DNA from: Felis catus
Taxonomy: Eukaryota
Assembly: GCF_018350175.1 (NCBI RefSeq)
Contig: NC_058368.1
Location: 68,636,001 to 68,700,000 of the forward strand
Direction of reading: 5' to 3'
Length of the DNA: 64,000 nucleotides
A model generated the notes under the pieces. The model worked only from the letters and a program-made list of their open reading frames with translations, searched no databases and was not told the origin of the DNA. Of this stretch, positions 60,380-64,000 are shown one piece after another; position 1 is the first letter of the stretch, and each line of letters begins with the position of its first letter. The translations under genes and the position numbers were made by a program.

Positions 60380-62200
60380 ATATGAATACGAATCAGTAAA
60401 TTATGAATAAAAAACAATAGTCAATAAATAATGAATCTGAATCAGTAGTCAAGGCTCCACAGACAGTTGAGAAAATTGATTACCTTAAGAGCACAGAGAC
60501 AAAACAAACAGTAAAGGAAAACAGAAATGGATATGAAGCAGGGAGCAAAAGAATAAAAACATGGTTATACTTCCCAGAGAAATAAGAGAAGCTACCACAG
60601 CCATGAAGGAACCATAGGATTTCATTGAAATGGAACATCTGAAGAATAAGTAGAAGCTTTTGATATTTAGAAATTATTATAGTACAAATCAATAACTCTG
60701 TAGAAGCTTAGGAAGATAAAGTTCAGGATAAAACAGAACAAAAAGGCAAATAGGAGAGAAAAACACAGGGGACCAGTTAATTAGGTCCAATATTTCAGAA
60801 ATAGAGAAAAAGGAGAGAAGAAAATTATTAACAGCAGTAATATTTTTCCAAATTTAAAAGATATGTCTTTTTAGAAAATGCCTGAAGGGTGTTTGGGTGG
60901 CTCAGTCGGTTAAGCGTCCGACTTCAGCTTAGGTCATGATCTTGCAACTCGTGAGTTCGAGCCCCGCGCCAGGCTCTGTGCTGACAGCTCAGAGCCTGGA
61001 GCCTGTTTCAGATTCTGTGTCTCCCTCTCTCTCTGCCCCTCCCCCACTCATGCTTTGTTTCTCTCTGTCTCAAAAATAAACATGAAAAAAATTTTAAGTA
61101 CATAAAATAAAAATTAAAAAAAAAAAGAAAATGCCTGAAGATGAATTACTGAAAATACAAATAAGATTCGTTGTCATTGAACTTAAGATTACTAAGGATA
61201 AAAAGATAATCACAAAAACTCCCATTAAGATAAAACATGTCACCTGTAAAGTGGCAAGAATCAGAATGGCACCAGAATTCTCAATTACTATATTAAGGGC
61301 TGGAAGAAAATGGGACAATGTCTCAAATTCTGGTGGAAAATGACTTTGGACCTAGAATTCTCTAAGATAAACTATTAATTAAATATGAGTATAAATGACT
61401 TACATGTTCAGACATTTGAGATCTCATAAATTCACCTCCTATGTCTGTGTTCTTAGAAAGCTACTAGGGAAGTGGCACTACCAAAATGACAGAGTAAAGC
61501 AAGAAAGAAAAAGACGTAAAGTTCAGGAAACAGGAGTTCCGATATACAAATGGTCTGTGGGAATTAATCCACAGGATTCTGGTAAAATGTATAGCCCTTG
61601 GACATGAGGAGAGAGTAGCTGGGCTGAATTGGAGCAGACAGATGAGCAGTAAGGAAGACTTCAATGCCACTAACAACTACAAGACCAGAATGGATTTATT
61701 TATGTGTTTACTATATTGAGAGGAATATACAATTCTATTGGAGAGGCTGGGTAAGAATGAATGACAAGCCCAGAGAAATTTTGTGAAAAAACAAAGCTGT
61801 ACAACAAAAATAAATAACAGTGTACTTTGTGGTTTACCATGAATATTAGTTACATAGTAGATGCTGAATATTTATTTAAATAAAAAAATTGATCTATAAC
61901 CTTTTGGGGAAAATAGAGGTAGAGAAATGTGTGGGGGGGGGGGGTACATGGAATTTCTCTGAGTGCTTACACCTCATCATTCATAAAAAGGAGTCAATAG
62001 AAATGTCCAAAATGAACATTGCATAGACATTCAATGGCAAATATCAAAGTAAGCAGCTAAAATCATTGAATGTGTTTCCAGAGAGTAAGTCTTGGAGGTG
62101 GAAGCTTGAGAGAAGGGAATTAACATTTATTTTTACTAACCTTTATGTCATTTGATTTTTTAAAACTGTGTACATGTATGTATGTATATATATATATATA
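60380..62200 (+). mobile_element. HAL1-like (ORF1-only LINE) element, decayed
   Basis: ORF 61131-61343 KDKKIITK...HVTCKVARIRMAPEFSITILRAGRKW resembles L1 ORF1p (VTYKGxxIRLxxDFSxxTLxARRxW); no ORF2 follows. Confidence 0.75.
60887..61125 (+). mobile_element. Can-SINE inside HAL1
   Basis: Perfect TSD agaaaatgcctgaag at 60873-60887 and 61126-61140. Confidence 0.97.
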
Positions 62201-62234
62201 CATATACACAAAATTAAGGACCTAGTATTTTCTG

Positions 62235-62350
62235 GGGGTGCCCAGCTGGCTCAGTCAAGGGGAGCACGCAACTCTTGATCTTGGGGTTGTGAATTCCAGC
62301 CCCACGTTGGGTGTGGAAATTACTTAAATAAGTAAATTTTTTTTAAAAAA
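62235..62350 (+). mobile_element. Short Can-SINE
   Basis: ggggtgcccagctggctcagtc...actcttgatcttggggttgtgaattccagccccacgttggg...ttacttaaa. Confidence 0.88.
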
Positions 62351-63335
62351 TCAGTCATTTCCACAATAAGAAAGAGCAATGAGTAATTCACAGACATTGA
62401 AGCATGTACCAGTCTGTCCTGTCTTAAAACAAAGAACACCACAAACCTTCCTTGACATTTGGGCTTTTTCAGCCTGCTGCTCCATTTTGGTCTCTTCACA
62501 GACTAGCTTCTTCATGGCAGTTGCCCTCACTGTCTGTCTCCTCTTATCCATCCACCATGCTTACTGACCTCTACATTGACCAACCCCAAGACTTCCCTTT
62601 CCGCGTTTCACAGCGTTTCACAGCATTCTCTTGGGGCTTACCTACAACAATTTCTCCTACTCTCTGTGCTTCTCTGTTCACTCTCCATCTCCTCACTCCC
62701 TCCAAAGCTGCTTTTTCTATTTGGCATGCAAATGTGCTCCAAAGAGCTCTCCACGGACTTGTAACTAAGTTCCTATGTCATCTCCCAGGTCTCTCTCTGG
62801 ATCCTGTTCTGCAGCTGACCCTTCTGCAGAATATCTTCTCTCTGCTTCCTTGGACTTAAATTCCAGACGTGCTTGGCTCCTCACCTGCCCTCATCTAGCA
62901 TGAGGTCACCAGCTTCCCTTGAACCATGTCCTGACTTGCTGGGCTTTTTGCTCACTCCTCTGCCCAGCTCCAACTCCTGAGACTGCTTCCTGGACCGGAG
63001 AATCTAGTTTCTACTTGTCTAGGCAAATGAGCAGCAGGCACAATGGACCCAAGGAAAGAAGGAATGCACGCCAGAGGGACAGAAAAAAGGTCCGGAGAAG
63101 AACTTCAGAAGTTAGAGAAGACAGCAATGGATGAGGCTGGAGCACGGTGTTGAAGCTGCATGACACAAGTCCTTTGATTCAGCTTGAGGATTAGTGTTTT
63201 TATTTAAGACGAGTGCAATTGTTTGGAGCATGAAATGGTTTTGATTGTATTTCCATAAAAGATAAGTTTGAGTGAAGTGCAGAGAATGTGTAAGGTGTGG
63301 CTAAGAGAAAAACGGTTAAGAATGGTGCAGTAACA

Positions 63336-63556
63336 GGGGTGCCCGGGGGGCTCAGTCGGTTGAGCCGCTGACTTCAGCTCAGGTCATGATCTCATGGTTG
63401 GTGAGTTTGAGCCCTGCGTGAGGTTCTGTGCTGACAGCTCAGAGCCTGGAGCCTGCTTCAGATTCTGTGTCTCCTCTCTCTGTTCTTCCCTCACTCTCTC
63501 TCTCTCTCTCTCTCAAAAATAAATAAAGATTGAAAAAAATTCAAAAAAAAAAAAAA
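63336..63556 (+). mobile_element. Can-SINE (SINEC_Fc-type)
   Basis: Perfect 18-bp TSD aagaatggtgcagtaaca at 63318-63335 and 63557-63574. Confidence 0.97.
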
Positions 63557-63814
63557 AAGAATGGTGCAGTAACACCATCCAACAGTAACAGTGGTTGGAT
63601 TAGGGTGGTGATGGTAGAGATGGAGAGATGTTAATTGAAACAGAGAGGGATTTAGGAGGTAAAATTAACAAGCCTGTGTAATACCTGGTTAGGAGTGAAA
63701 AGAGAAAGCCATCTCCCGTGTGACCCCCGTACTTCCTGTTTGAACACTGAGTAGCAGTGGGGGCAGTCAAAGCTAGAGGATGCTAGATAAGGACCAAATT
63801 GTCTCTATCTCTTT

Positions 63815-63875
63815 ACTGGCTTAAAATAGTGCAGATCTGTTATCTTACAGTTCTGGAGGTCAGAAGCCCAAAATG
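63815..63875 (-). mobile_element. MLT1 LTR fragment
   Basis: tggcttaaaa...tcttacagttctggaggtcagaag, homologous to the reverse complement of 47693-47718. Confidence 0.75.
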
Positions 63876-64000
63876 GAGGTCAGAAGTTCAAAATGGAGGT
63901 CAGAAGCCCAAAGTGGAGGTCAGAAGTTCAAAATGGAGGTCAAAAGTTCAACATGGAGGTCAGAAGTCCAAAATGGAGGTCAAAAGTTCAACATGGAGGT
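63854..64000. repeat. 20-bp minisatellite (tggaggtcagaagYYcaaaa), at least 7 copies, runs off the window
   Basis: Exact period 20 visible in the last three lines. Confidence 0.97.

Noticed and set aside
61131..61607. L1 ORF1-like peptides as a domesticated L1TD1-like gene
   Set aside because: Fragmented by stops, frameshifts and a SINE insertion
63854..64000. Regular short repeats as a CRISPR-like array
   Set aside because: Units are contiguous with no unique spacers, no cas genes are present, and the context is mammalian

Overview
Non-coding mammalian genomic DNA from a carnivore, most likely a felid, judged from about 18 tRNA-derived Can-SINE/SINEC_Fc-type copies, many with readable target-site duplications (TSDs). 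I recognise no protein-coding gene, RNA gene or CRISPR array. The ORF track is explained by SINEs, microsatellites, decayed L1/HAL1/ERVL sequence and chance. The window is a layered record of transposable elements: old MIR, L2, MER5/MER63, MLT1, LTR16/LTR33 and ERVL-gag; two ORF1-only HAL1-like elements; L1M fragments; and younger carnivore L1 and SINEs nested in older elements. Between them are TE-poor stretches with credible regulatory motifs (CTCF in a CpG-rich patch, RFX X-boxes, paired TCF/LEF, AP-1, CRE, FOX). Seven of eight L1-type fragments are on +, and several good splice signals read on -, which suggests an intron or upstream region of a minus-strand transcript that I cannot identify. 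I found no convincing novel multi-gene system. The best leads are an MLT1-derived 20-bp minisatellite, a candidate minus-strand first exon, and a candidate intron bracketed by (AC)n/(GT)n. Repeat family names come from recalled consensus motifs, not a database search, and boundaries of old repeats are approximate.
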